Shown here: piece by piece, positions 1 through 13,738 of the stretch
Layout: each line of letters begins with the position of its first letter
How positions within the stretch are numbered: position 1 is the stretch's first letter
Assembly: GCA_002633005.1 (NCBI GenBank)
Contig: NMRA01000749.1
Coordinates: 104,434-168,433 of the forward strand
Length of the DNA stretch: 64,000 nucleotides
From: Phoronis australis
Lineage: Eukaryota; Animalia; Phoronida
Reading direction: 5' to 3'
Made by a program: the position numbers and the translations under genes
The notes under the pieces: model-generated
What the model was told of the DNA's origin: nothing
The model's database searches: none
Seen by the model: the letters and a program-made list of their open reading frames with translations, nothing else

Positions 1-2633
1 TAACTTAAAGCCCCTCTAGCAGACTGACCGGACCAGACATACATTTCCTTGAGTGCAGACAATGAAGCAGTTTAAAGTAGCCCAAGCAAGAGGGGAGGAT
101 GTTCACAAGACTGTCTTATGACAATGACTGAATCGATGGAAGCATATTAGATTTTATTTTGCTGCAAGCAGATATATTGACACAAGGAGGAAGCCTCTAC
201 CAACTATAGCAGGAGTTGATTTGGGTGGTGACAGTAGATACACTGAAACCTCACTAATTTAGGATGCAGCATGACACAAAAATGAAATTTTTATTAATCG
301 CTTTTTCACAAAAGCACCAAATAAATGTTTTTCCATGTTCCAAGTTCTGTACCACCAGACAGTATCAAAGGAAATGGTCCGCTTTTCACAATTTTAATTT
401 TGCACCTATCCATAGCAATAGCTAGTTAATATGACTGAGAAACAATTGGGAGACCAGTTTCCAATGAAAAAGTATCTTTAAAAAGCACAACCATGAATTC
501 CGACACTGCAAATTTAGATTCTGATGGCCAAGGACATACCACATAAATATTGAATGCAAAAAAACTTTTGATTTTTCAACTAAATGTATACATTGAGTCT
601 CAAATTGAAGTATAAAGACACTGGAGTTAATTCTACTTGATAACAATCCCCTATAAATAGCACATGGAAGAATGTCCTCGAGGGCAATCAAAAAATCGGA
701 AGACACAATCAACTGAGATCAATTGTCTTGAAAAATTTAAGCTCGATGAAGACAATCAATAAACACTGGAGTCAGCTTACATATTGGATGAAGTTCAAAC
801 ACATCTAGTCATGCAAAATTGTCCCCTCAACTGTGATCCCGCCATATGAGCGTTGGCAGATTAGTAGATTTAGGGATGTAGGAAGCTGGGCTCTCCCACT
901 CTAACCGTGACCAAAAACATCCACGATATATATGTTTGGTGGTGAAGGCAATGGTAACTACAACTTTGTCAAAGACTTTCCTACACAGCACGAAGAGGGC
1001 ACAATGCCTACATATGCAAAAATTGGCGGAAAAAAATCCTGTTCATTTTCAAGTAAAATTTTACTAGGAACAAGTTTTGCATTGGGACACAAGTCTTTCT
1101 GGAATTGAGTTCTACCAAATTTCGCTGATATTAATATTGGAAAAATTCTTCATGACCTAGATGGTTTGTTGATTCAATTAAAATTTTAATGGTTACCTGT
1201 ATTGTAAAACCACTCGGTGCTGGCGAATGCATTGTACTGCACTGACAGTGTAGTGTCAGTATCTACCAGAAGGGGTGACAGAACTTTCCAGTATACAGGA
1301 ATCCTTCAGGGACACAACCCTTTGTGGAATTAATCCCATGAATATTTCCCGAAATATTTCTGGGATTTCAAAATACATGAGAACGGCACTTATATTCCAC
1401 GAACAAGGTATACGATTCAAATGTGCAAATGTTAAAAAGACTCATTGACCACTCAGTTGCTTTGTACTTCATCATCCTTAAATTCAAATCTCGTTTTATT
1501 TCACAGCAGGTCAGAAGTAATGAGGATAATCAGTAATCCATTGTGACAATGAAACACGGATTACCAGAAAATAAAATGATATAAAAAAACTACATTTGCA
1601 CTCTTAATACTTTAGTATTTTTCAGTCTCACAAGCTAACTCAGAATATTTTGATTTCATTTCTATTTGCTGCGACTTGTTAAAAACCTATTTCTATAAAC
1701 GAATAACACAATATGGAATCTTCAAAATCAGCAAATAACACCCTAATGCATAGAACAGTCTGTTCACATAAGTTTAGGAAGATGATAATGACGTTATTCT
1801 TAGCCCAGACTTGTAATAACAAATCTGGAGACAATAATATCTGATTAATTAATAAGGAAAACACTCCACTTTTGTGTTTGTTTATCATGTTAACAGAACT
1901 AAATCTAATTATACCACTTAACAGTTGTTCCTATGAAAAGGCTTATCAATAGGTCATAACATGCCAAGCAAACCTAGAGAGATGTCAGCCTACTCTTCAG
2001 AACTACCACATTGTGCAAGGCAAAAAATAAATACTGTTTCTTAAAGGGGCATTTCCTTCATTCTCACTGCCTGAAAAAATATCATAAAGAAGGTTACTCA
2101 TACACACAGAATATGTCTCAATCTTTTCAAACCATTACAGAGTAATAACAATTCTCTGGGGGGCTCCTTTGTAAATTGAAAGCAATGTTTCGTCGACCAT
2201 TGGTGACTTTTTTCAAACAATGATAGAAAATATCAATCATTTCAATATTACACAGAACACCAAGGCATCAACAAGTAGAGAAGAGTATTAAAAAGGCAGG
2301 TATTTAGACAGGGTTGGGCAACCTAACCATATTTGGCTGCTCTCCATCAATCACTCCTGGACTAACAGTTTCTTTTGACAGTAGAAAGGTCAGTTGTACA
2401 TCATGACAAGATAATGGTCAGAGTCATTTCATGATTTTTATGTTGATGTCAAGAGAGGAGACGAAAGGCTCCTTTAATGGGATGCTTACCAATGATAATG
2501 ATAACAAAAATAACATCATTTATTAATTCACAATTTGCTGACCATGTAACACAAGACCAAATAAATCTGTTTTATTCATGAATATGGAATTCGTTAGAAT
2601 CTACCCAACCTATCACAATATGTGTGGCTCTTT

Positions 2634-2920
2634 AGTGCCGCCCACACGCTGACTTACCCTAGAACAAGTTACTCCTGCAACGAGTTGTCGACTTGTTCTA
2701 GGGCAACGTCTCCACTTCTAATCCCTGTGTGACTGCAACACTGGGGTAAGGCAGATGTAATTATCAGCTGCCAATTCCCATCAGCTGACCATTGTCATGC
2801 ACAGAGGGGCAACTTCCACCTTACTCTAGTTATTAAACATATATTTGTGTGGACGCTCCACAAGTGGGATAGGTTGCTCTGGTGCAAGTTGTTCTAGGGT
2901 AGGCTGTGTGTGAACAGAAC
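2634..2920. mobile_element. MITE with CACAC..ACCCTAGAACAA inverted ends
   Basis: CACACGCTGACTTACCCTAGAACAAG ... TTGTTCTAGGGTAGGCTGTGTGTG. Confidence 0.55.
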
Positions 2921-3746
2921 TTTAGTCAAAAGTATAACACCTAATAATAATCACTGAGGATGGTATATTCATCGAAAACTCAAACATAAGCGTGATATTT
3001 TTCTCAATCATTCCGTCACTAACAGACTTGAAGACAAGTATACTGGTAAGTTGGCAACTGGAAAGCACCTGGTTGCTGAAACAACCTCAGGGAATTTGAA
3101 AACCAAATATTTGGCCTCACAACCCCCATATATCATAACACAACATTGGCCACGGATTGCAATACTGGGTCAGTCCACATGTGGAAAGCTACTGGGATTA
3201 GACCAGGATCTTAATTAGTCTTGGAGACTGTGTAATGCATTGACATCCAATTAAGAACTGGAGACAAATTGCCTGCCTGCTAATGAGAAACGGAGTGGTC
3301 TCTGCCACAGCAGCTGGGTCCAATATGGAAATGGGACTTCCTAAGTATTATGTAATCCCAGTCATTCAGACTAGAAAATGAGCGCCCAGCTGAGATTGTT
3401 GTGATCCATTTATTAATTCAACTGCATCTAATGTGCATTGGATTGCAGAGATGATGAAACTTGAAGAAGCAAATGTGCTGCTGTGCAAACAGACAACCTA
3501 TTCTACAAGTCATTTGACAAACATGATAAGTCCACAGCAAATATTTCATGAAGGATTGACGAAGTCCTTTCACTTACTCTTTGCCAAACTGATGCAATGT
3601 TAGAAATGAATTCACAAAAAGTCATTTCCAACAGTTATTAATTTTTCAAAATAAAACACCATCACAAACCGGAATTCCCTTGTGACTGTTGTTATTTCAA
3701 GAATTGTAACACTATGGTGTCCAAAGACTGGTGTGGTAACAGTAAC

Positions 3747-3990
3747 TTACAGGGGTCTTGCATTTTGAGAACCAGTTTTCTCCACTTAGTAACGGGTATC
3801 AAACTGGTTCTCATAATCCGGGGGACCCCTGTAAGTGTGTATCATCTGTATTTCCTCAACTGAACAGTCAGGTCTAGTGATATTCATGTATGTCACAGAG
3901 GAATGGGCTTAGTCCCCTACACGGGTCCCCGGATTTTGAGAACCAGTTTGATGCCTGGTATTCAGAGGAGAAAACTGGTTCTCAAAAGCG
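3747..3990. repeat. Two copies of a ~85-bp palindromic mini-element (further copies at ~18627-18710 and ~18884-18945)
   Basis: TACAGGGGTC..TTTTGAGAACCAG..CTGGTTCTCA..GACCCCTGTA. The second copy is inverted. Confidence 0.6.
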
Positions 3991-6900
3991 ACTATTATAG
4001 AGGCATCAAGGATAAAGGCAAGGGAGATCTGATGGAAATTTGATAGACTGGAAAGTCTCCACTATGAAAGCAGTGGAGCCTTAATAAGTTTGAAGGATCA
4101 CGTAACTCAAAACAACACCTGTGCTTCAGACCTTACTCATATGTAGACCACTGGATGAATCACCTAACTGGACACTATCAAATTTAGAGTGAAAATATTG
4201 CATGGTCTAACAATGTGGATTTGTTTACAATTTGGAGGAAACTTCAAGTCACTTTCCAAACTATAACTGTAAGCACCACTTGAAACCATTATTCTTCAAC
4301 TGTAGCACAAACTAATTTTGTTTTGCAAAAACGACACTTTGTGCAAATGAAAAGGAATATTTGAATTTTGTTTTGCAAAAATGACACTTTGCGTAAACGA
4401 AAAGGAAAATTTGATATCATTGACAAATGAAGGGCGAAATAATGAAATTAAACACTACTTTGCAACTTTTTGTAAAATAAGATCTTCAATACTGATTATG
4501 TATTACGACTTAACAGTAGCTCTTTATAAACCGATACAACAACTTTCAATAAATGTATTCCACAGAATTTCCCACAAGAATCCCCAGAAATGCTGCTGTG
4601 TGTGCTTAAGACATCTAGTGAACTACCTGATTAACTAATGAATTAAACAAGAGAAATGTTACTAGGTGCACTAGTTGTCACGGTTACGAACACTTCCCAA
4701 CACTGCCCCCCAGTAATCGTAATTTCCCTTCTTCCTCTCACCCTAGTTAATGAATAAATGATTTGCTTCAGATGCTAATGACAAATGTAGAACAAGCAAG
4801 ACTGTAATCAAATGCTAGAGACATTGGTGTGACGAAATATTGTTTGCTATTTTAGATTGCTATTTTAGACCAAAGTATTAATATATTGTATATGCAAGGG
4901 GCATTGGTGACCTTTACTTCAACATTTAAACTACTTCAGTTCATGCCATAGGGAATTTTGAGTTTAAACTGAGGGTACGCTATAATTCTGTACAAAAACA
5001 ATTGAACTTTCCACTGAAAACAAGCAAAAGCTATGAAATAAACCACTGCAGAGTGCAAACAAATTAGGAAGGTTCATCCAGGAATATGTGCTGGAGTCTA
5101 GTGGTAGAAATTTGAACTAACCACTAAGAAATCAGAGGCTTTGAATGCTACCTTTTCCTCGGAAATGGAAAACAAATCTTACTTGTTTTCAATGGTTTTG
5201 AAACTGTGCATGTCTATTTTCAATAGTTAAAGCAGACATGAGCAGCTTCAAAACCATTTGACCAGAAATTTCAAAAACTAATACTGAGTCAACATCATAA
5301 AGTTATGAAATAATTTGATAACAAACTATTTGATTCACTATTCCTGATTTTTCTGTGACTATTTGATTCACTATTGGCCAATATTAGCGTCTATGTCTTG
5401 ATAACACATACTGATAAGATTGTTGATTATACAAATGTCCAAATTTTGTGTGAAAAAAGCAAAAAGCTGCTGATGGATTGGGCGACATAACAGTTGGCTG
5501 CAAGCAGTAATTGCACAGATATCGGGTACTCAATATCTCAGTGGTAAGAGCACTACACCAGCAATTTAGAGGCCTGTGATTTGATTCCCAGTTAGGGTTC
5601 CTGATTTTTTGTGTTTATTTGATTCATTATTAGCCAACATCTGTGTCTATAAATACTGTAAACATTTTTTTTTAAATGGACAATGGAAGAAACAGATTTG
5701 CCACATAACTGAAAAGAACTGAAGACCTCCCTGGTCTGTGAAACAACTGAGAAGAAAGTTTTGGGCAGCAAGATATAATTACATACAATATGTGGAGATT
5801 GTATTTGAAAAGAAATTACTCATTTCATACAATATGAACAATTTGTTGAGCAGCACCCACGATACGATCACCCAGCCACAAATCTTATCTCTTCACCTAC
5901 CTATTTACTATTGAACATTTTGATGGCTAAGCAAGAATTCAACATACACTAACCTTCTACTGTTGCAGCAGAAAAAAGGCAAAGACAAGTCACACCATCC
6001 GAGCATTTTCACCGTGTCCTCTCAAACAACTAACGACGTGCGTTTGTGTAGAACGATTGCTTCAACCGAAGCGTGACTATATTAAAAATTTAGTCTTCGC
6101 TTCCGCAGCTGCGGCACATCTAAAATGATGATTAATCTTAAGCAGCTCCAAGACCTTTGGCTGGTCTCTTGAGAGCTCAGAGAACCACTGACACGTTGGC
6201 CCAAGCTTTATTTAGCATTAATAACTAACTGACAATTGCATAACAACAGTAAGTACCACCTTACAGTTTCAACTAATCACAAACATGATACATTACTCCA
6301 GACTGATGGTAGTTGCATGGTAAACTATGGATACCCAGCCCTCCTGAATGGTATGTTTTGTACTGTAACAGTCTTAACTTTCTATCTTGATTGTAACTAA
6401 AATGAAGTACTAATGGATAATTATTAAGTGAATGATTNCCGTAAGCGACTATTACAGAGGCATCAATGATAAAGGCAAGGGAGATTTGATGGAAATTTGA
6501 TAGACTGGGAAGTCTCCACTATGAAAGCAGTGGAGCCTTGATAAGTTTGAAGGATCACGTAACTCAAAACAACACCTGTGCTTCAGACCTGGCTCATATG
6601 TAGACCACTGGATGAATCACCTTAACTGGACACTATCAAATTTAGAGTGAAAATATTGCATGGTCTAACAATGTAGATTTGTTTACAATTTGGAGGAAAC
6701 TTCAAGTCACTTTCCATATTATAACTGTAAGCAACACGTAAGACTATTTGCTTGAAACCATTATTCTTCAACTGTAGCACAAACTAATTTTGTTTTGCAA
6801 AAAAGACACTTTGCGTAAATGAAAAGGAAAATTTGATACCATTGACAAATGAAGGGCGAAATAATGAAATTAAACACTACTTTGCAACATTTTGTTTATA

Positions 6901-8843
6901 AAATAAGATCTTCAATACTGATGTATTACGACATAACAGCAGCTCTTTATAAACCGATACAACGACTTTCAATAAATGTATTCCATAGAATTTCCCACAA
7001 GAATCCCCAGAAATGCTGCTGCGTGTGCTTAAGACATCTAGTCAACTACTTGATTAACTAATGAATTAAACAAGAGAAATGTTACTAGGTACACTAGTTG
7101 TCACGGTTACGAACCCTTCCCAACACTGCCCCCCAGTAATCGTAATTTCACTTCTTCCTCTCACCGTAGTTAATGAATAAATGATTTGCTTCAGATGCTA
7201 ATGACAAATGTAGAACAAGCAAGACTGTAATCAGATGCCAGAGACATTGGCGTGACGAATTATTGTTTGCTATTTTAGATTGCTATTTTAGACCAAAGTA
7301 TTAATATATTGTATATGCAAGGGGCATTGGTGACCTTTATTTCAACATTTAAACTGCTTCAGTTCATGCCATACGGAATTTTGAGTTTAAAGTGAGGGTA
7401 CGCTATAATTCTGTACAAAATCAATTGAACTTTCCATTGAAAACAAGCAAAAGCTATGAAATAAACAAATTAGGAAGGTTCATCCAGGAACATGTGCTGG
7501 AGTCTAGTGGTAGAAATTTGAACTAACCACTAAGAAATCAGAGGCTTTGAATGCTACCTTATCCTCGGAAATGGAAAACAAATCTTACTTGTTTTCAATG
7601 GTTTTGAAACTGTGCATGTCTGTTTTCAATAGTTTAAGCAGACATGAGCAGCTTCAAAACCATTTGACCAGAAATTTCAAAAACTAATACTGAGTTAACA
7701 TCATAAAGTTATGAAATAATTTGATAACAAACTATTTGATTCACTATTCCTGATTTTTCTGTGACTATTTGATTCACTATTGGCCAATATTAGCGTTTAT
7801 GTCTTAGTAACACGTAATGGTAAGATTGTTGATTATACAAGTGTCCAAATTTTGTGTGAAAAAAGCAAAAAGCTGCTGATGGATTGGGCGACATAACAGT
7901 TGGCTGCAAGCAGTAATTGCACAGATATCGGGTACTCAATATCTCAGTGGTAAGAGCACTACACCAGCAATTTAGAGGCCTGTGATTTGATTCCCAGTTA
8001 GGGTTCCTGATTTTTTGTGTTTATTTGATTCATTATTAGCCAACATCTGTGTCTATAAATACTGTAAACATTTTTTTTTAAATGGACAATGGAAGAAACA
8101 GATTTGCCACATAACTGAAAAGAACTGAAGACCTCCCTGGTCTGTGAAACAACTGAGAAGAAAGTTTTGGGCAGCAAGATATAATTACATACAATATGTG
8201 GAGATTGTATTTGAAAAGAAATTACTCATTTCATACAATATGAACAATTTGTTGAGCAGCACCCACGATACGATCACCCAGCCACAAATCTTATCTCTTC
8301 ACCTACCTATTTACTATTGAACATTTTGATGGCTAAGCAAGAATTCAACATACACTAACCTTCTACTGTTGCAGCAGAAAAAAGGCAAAGACAAGTCACA
8401 CCATCCGAGCATTTTCACCGTGTCCTCTCAAACAACTAACGACGTGCGTTTGTGTAGAACGATTGCTTCAACCGAAGCGTGACTATATTAAAAATTTAGT
8501 CTTCGCTTCCGCAGCTGCGGCACATCTAAAATGATGATTAATCTTAAGCAGCTCCAAGACCTTTGGCTGGTCTCTTGAGAGCTCAGAGAACCACTGACAC
8601 GTTGGCCCAAGCTTTATTTAGCATTAATAACTAACTGACAATTGCATAACAACAGTAAGTACCACCTTACAGTTTCAACTAATCACAAACATGATACATT
8701 ACTCCAGACTGATGGTAGTTGCATGGTAAACTATGGATACCCAGCCCTCCTGAATGGTATGTTTTGTACTGTAACAGTCTTAACTTTCTATCTTGATTGT
8801 AACTAAAATGAAGTACTAATGGATAATTATTAAGTGAATGATT
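3986..8843. repeat. ~2.4-kb direct duplication (3986-6437 / 6443-8843) joined by a single N; probable allelic haplotype duplication
   Basis: Near-identical copies with SNPs and small indels. N at 6438. Confidence 0.85.
5524..5605 (+). repeat. Degenerate tRNA-like SINE head (duplicated at ~7930-8012)
   Basis: TATCTCAGTGGTAAGAGCAC A-box-like and GATTTGATTCCC B-box-like sequence. The cloverleaf is not intact. Confidence 0.45.
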
Positions 8844-9069
8844 TTTAAGCAGAACTAAATGACAAGCTGCACAACCCAAGCTATAAAACGCGATCAGAGA
8901 TTAGTTATGTGTAAATAACAATAAAATTGCAGTTTTAAATGTTCAGTTTGACCATTTTGAGTCTCTCCAGGGTCAACTAGAGATTGGCAATAGAAACTGC
9001 CATATCAGTATAACATGGATTTTAGTTTTGCTTCACGGAGCATAAAATGGAAGTTAATGTAAATCAAAA

Positions 9070-9285
9070 CTGGTAGTGGAGAGGCTGGCGCACAGTCTGC
9101 AAAGTAATATAGTGAAGAGGCTGGCGCACAGTCTGCAAAGTAATATAGTGGAGAGGCTGGTGCACAGTCTGCAAAGTAATATAGTGGAGAGGCTGGTGCA
9201 CAGTCTGCAAAGTAATATAGTGGAGAGGCTGGTGCACAGTCTGCATTTAGAAGTAATATAGTGGAGAGGCTGGAGCACAGTCTGG
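9070..9285. repeat. 36-bp minisatellite, ~6 copies
   Basis: Unit TAATATAGTGGAGAGGCTGGTGCACAGTCTGCAAAG. Confidence 0.9.
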
Positions 9286-9723
9286 GTATGCAGGATCATC
9301 AATATTAAATGCATCCTACATTGTCCAAGAACAAAGGGAATCACATTCTAATAAATGCCATTTTCCAAATCAAATTTTGTCATTTAAGATGGTCAGTTTG
9401 ATCAATATGCTGTACGGATATTCAGTGAAAATTGACATCATGTCACGTCAAGCTTTATAAGAGAAATACCAGGAATCACAAGATGTCTAAGACATTCCAA
9501 CCGTGACAATTACAACAATTATTGAAATGGTTTAGATAAAAATTTAATGACAACAGCAATTCTTCACCAAGTTTGCACGCAAATTTGCCCACAAAATCAA
9601 AGTTTTAAAAAATTTAGTTTATTACTTTCTTGGTTTGTACTATGTAGATATCGAAAAACAAATTCGGTAGAAATCTCCTTATTCGTTGCACGACAATCAG
9701 ACTTTGGAGGATGATACTGGGAT

Positions 9724-10808
9724 ATTCCGTAGATAAGCCCATGGAAAATGAAGATTCTCAGGAGTTTTAGTAATACCAAATAAACATCCGGGCGTTTATT
9801 AGGAAAAGTGGGGTTTTTAAACAAAAACTCATGGGCAATTCCATTTGTGATGGACGTACAATCAGAGAACATTTTGTTCAATTGTGAAAAAAATGATCAC
9901 CCTAGGAAAATAATTAATAAATTAATTGATAGGTCTCACCGATAGCTTTCAAAGCATGTTTTAACTTTTCCCCTATCTTTTAATCTGACTGAGAAAATTG
10001 TCTGTAAAGGGTGTGACGGACGTACGCAGAGAATTTGATTTTTTTTTTAAAAAAAGTTTCAACGTTAATTTTCTGTGAGTTGCATTAAGTCACAATTTTA
10101 TGTTTTACACGATGTTTTAGTGGAATGTTTGCAAAGAACAACACACTAATTTTTTGATATCTTCTAAGAAATTTTTGAGATGTGCCAAAGTTGAAATGTT
10201 ATTTTTCACAAAGTTTGGGATTCATGTGATTGCACAAAATTGATAGTATAGTGAAAACTCCATAGAACTTAACTTTTTTATGACAATAATTAGCAACACA
10301 CATGAAAATTGAGCTAATTTTTAGGGTCAAATGACACCCCCAAAATGGGTCAATTTAAGCACAAAATTGAAACTTATAGGACAGTCAAATATGGGTCCTG
10401 AAACTAGAGAGAATGGGCTTTTAGACGAGACCAGAAATGTTAGTGTAGCCACAATTTTAATTTTTTGTGTCGAGGTTGACCTTTTCACGGAATTGCCCTC
10501 ATAATTTTGCTGACTGTGACATTTTTTCAACTTATAACCGTGTCCTTAAAATTTATGTTAATGAATGCATAGTTCACAAACTGCTTTTTTGTTTTTATAA
10601 ATGATAAATGCTCCACAAAAATGATTTTGTGACAAAAAGTTGACGCTGAATGGGATTTTAAGAGGAAATTTTCTGAATGAAAGCCGAACTATTTGGACAC
10701 ATGACGCCACAAGTTGTCACGACAAATAAACGCCCATGGGCCTTTATTGGGCATAATTTTCCGAATAAACACCCATGGGCGTTTCATCGGGTGGGTTTAT
10801 CTATGGAA
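9724..10808. mobile_element. Old DNA-transposon remnant with nested insertion (Tc1/mariner-pogo-like ends)
   Basis: TTCCGTAGATAAGCCCA ... TGGGTTTATCTATGGAA inverted ends and AATAAACGCCCATGGGCGTTT palindromic subterminal motifs at both ends. Confidence 0.4.
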
Positions 10809-12524
10809 AATCCCAGTTCATTCTGACTGCGACTGCAGTGTGTTCATTAAGTTTTATTTCACGCAATGAACACCTGTCTGATGTCATCAAATTAAAGGAA
10901 TGTATCTCTTGGCAATGAGAAGGAAGAATGAGATAGCAGAACCATCAAGTCAACACTGATTTTTGGCATATCGTGGACAGCTGTAATGGACACTGACGCT
11001 ACACTTTAGGAGAAAATATGAGACTACCAGTAGAGCAATACAAAGTATGAACAGTGGAGGGAACACAGTGCAGGAACAGAAACGTTGGTTGTTTCATATG
11101 GTTGGGAGAAATGACGAGACTACAAAATCACATGTCATTGGTGACGCAAGTTCTGGTGAATGCCTGTCATAGATGGCTAGGCTTATGAAACTCGGCTGTC
11201 AGTCAAATTGACTTTTAGCTAAATGGCTTAAGTCTAGGTGCGCAGATCACTCAACTTGGTTTAAAGCCGGGTAGAGGGTGCTTACCCTCTGACCGGAGGT
11301 TCCAATTATTTTCCAACAGATTCCTTCATTAAATATCAAAATCATTAGTGTACGAGTCATTGCTCAATGCTGATATCTTTGATGTACCTAACACTGACAC
11401 TTTCATTCTGTCTCTGAAGTCTTGGCTGAAAAATAAGATGGCTAATGATTTTGCTACGAATGAACTTGTCTGAAAGAAATCAAAATTGCCGAATTATGGT
11501 TAGTTGGAAATTTCCTTAAATTTGCCAAAAAATAAAATTAATTTTCCCTGTATCTGGAAGTCATAGGTTTGGACTTTTAGGTTCAGGAATAAACATTCAC
11601 CAAAGTATAACTATGCGTGACACGGGAGACAAATATGTCAATTCACAACAAAACAATGGTCAGGAACAAGAGCACAAATGGCCAACTAAATAAACCTCAA
11701 CCATTTCATAAAACTGGCCCATCCAGAGTAGTGCATGGTAGCCATTTATAGTCAGGGTGGCTAAAAAAGGCAGGGTTTACAACACAAAATCGTATTATGA
11801 TGTATGCAAAATCTATAAGTAGTGTGACTTGAACGCAGGATCTTCAGCGTGCGAGTAAAGCGTCCAAACCAAACAGGCAATTGCCAATTGGCAAACAATT
11901 TGGAGATTTTATTCGAATGCGCATCACTCCTGGTTACCCCAAATTCACAACTCTATTCCTGATTGTGTGGAGCAAGGGAAAGAGTGTCGAAGTAAACAGC
12001 GCAGTTAACTGGACCGTTCATACTGGCTTCGGAAGTTAATGACCATCGAAGTAAAGGGTTGGTGACGCTGACGTCATCGAAGTTATCGCAAGGTAGCGCT
12101 GCACGCTAAGATTTTTTCAATGTGACAATTTGAGAACATTTAAATGTGCTAAATGACATTAAACTCATTTTTAAATCGATTGGTTATCATTAGAGCAAAA
12201 AATAAGTAGTTATTAGTGACGGCACTACTCTGTAACTGTTGATGATAACAGTGGAACCTGGCGATAACTTCGACTGGGCCGGAGTTAAGCGTTCATACTG
12301 CACCGCAGCGTTGACGCTGCGGTCTTAAATCCACCTTTTAACTGCGATGTTAACTGGAGCTGTTAACTGCGATCCAGAACCAGAGTTAAGCATTCATACT
12401 GACCACAACTCCCCAAACCATCGCCGCGTCGATATTAGTATGAAAGGCCCTATAGTAACAGGAAATCATTTGTGTGTACTTTAATTTCAAAGGTAATGTC
12501 ATGGCATGAGTGAGCAAGAGCAAG

Positions 12525-12544
12525 ATGGCGCTCTGGCTCAGCGA
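12525..12544 (+). CDS. Candidate first coding micro-exon of the FYVE gene (MALWLS-E)
   Basis: caagATGGCG start context and GA|GTAAGC donor. Phase 2 joins the acceptor at 13735 in frame (GA+A ACG ATG), extending the protein to ~590 aa. Confidence 0.5.
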
Positions 12545-13738
12545 GTAAGCACCCACACCTCCACTTCCAGGCTCGTGAGAACTGTATGGTCGGTGATTCA
12601 AATGTTCATACAGCAATTATTAAGAGCACACGTGATTTATCAACAAGTTTGCACACATGATGCCATGATGGCTCCGCGTACAGCTGGATACTGGATAGTT
12701 ATGTGCTCTTCGAGACAACCAAAAAACTTTGATCCCCCGCTGTTCACCTGTTCGCTTAATACGAGTGAGGTCAATTCCCTACACATATTTTCTTTTCCCA
12801 CTCCTATCTTCGAGCGTGTCTTCCCTTATGTCTGTATAGACGATTTCAACTGTTTTGCAATTTAAAAACTTCAAAAACGATGTTAGTTCTCTTTAGACAT
12901 TACTTGTCAATCAGTAACCTTGAATTCCACAACTCTGTAGGAAAGAGCCGTAACGGCATAACTTAAAGCAACAAAAGCAACTGACATAACAAATATCTAA
13001 AGGTAGTTCAATCATTTTTAACTTAGTTGGAAAAGTTTTAAAACTTTTTTACCTTTTTCCTATCAGGAAAAACACGGAAATGTAGTACTGAAAATATACG
13101 TTCGACAATATATTACACAAAAACAAAGCAATAAAAAAACGAAGAAAAATATCTATGTCCCTATGATGGTACAGTAGACTCTAAAAGTGGGTACTTGATC
13201 AGTACTATCGACTATAAACATTCAGAGATAGTACAAACATTGTTCGAATGCATACTGAACTAAGTTAGCCCCTTGTTTACTTCCGCTTCATGTTTTTCTT
13301 CGACCTTATAAAGGTGTTTCTCTCATGGATAAAGGAAACAAGACATTGGAAATGTAACGTGAATACGGAGAACTGGTCGCGTAAGAGCTTTTTCCCCAGT
13401 TTCAGTTATTCCAAAATTGTCAGGTTTTGGACCGCGGATGTCATGCATCAGCCGCAAAAAAATTATCTGTGTTACACTACAGTATTATTTCCTTCTTGAC
13501 TTCAGTCACGTCTGCATTAGGCCTACTTCAAATTGTTTGTGTCCGAAGTTGATAAGATTTTTCCACACTTGCAACACTCTTATTCCAAGCTACACGTCTG
13601 CTCCACATACATGAAACTCTTGCTTCATGGTTTTCTTGAAAGGTTTAATAGTTGTGCATCTGTTCTGTATGAAATACTAAATAACTATAACTATACCACA
13701 CCAGAGAAGTTCATGCAGACATTTTGGCTTTCAGAACG

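Noticed and set aside
921-1108. TIYMFGGEG kelch-like peptide
   Set aside because: A single short match with no flanking splice sites or further repeats.
2954-2981. CTGAGGA..GAAA hammerhead-like core
   Set aside because: No stem I pairing could be found and there is no associated retroelement; likely chance or too decayed.
9054-9344. Repetitive ORFs, superficially array-like
   Set aside because: A 36-bp minisatellite with no unique spacers; not CRISPR, and no evidence of coding.
11820-11882. tRNA-Ala-like sequence on the minus strand
   Set aside because: Acceptor and D stems do not pair; more likely a SINE head than a tRNA gene.
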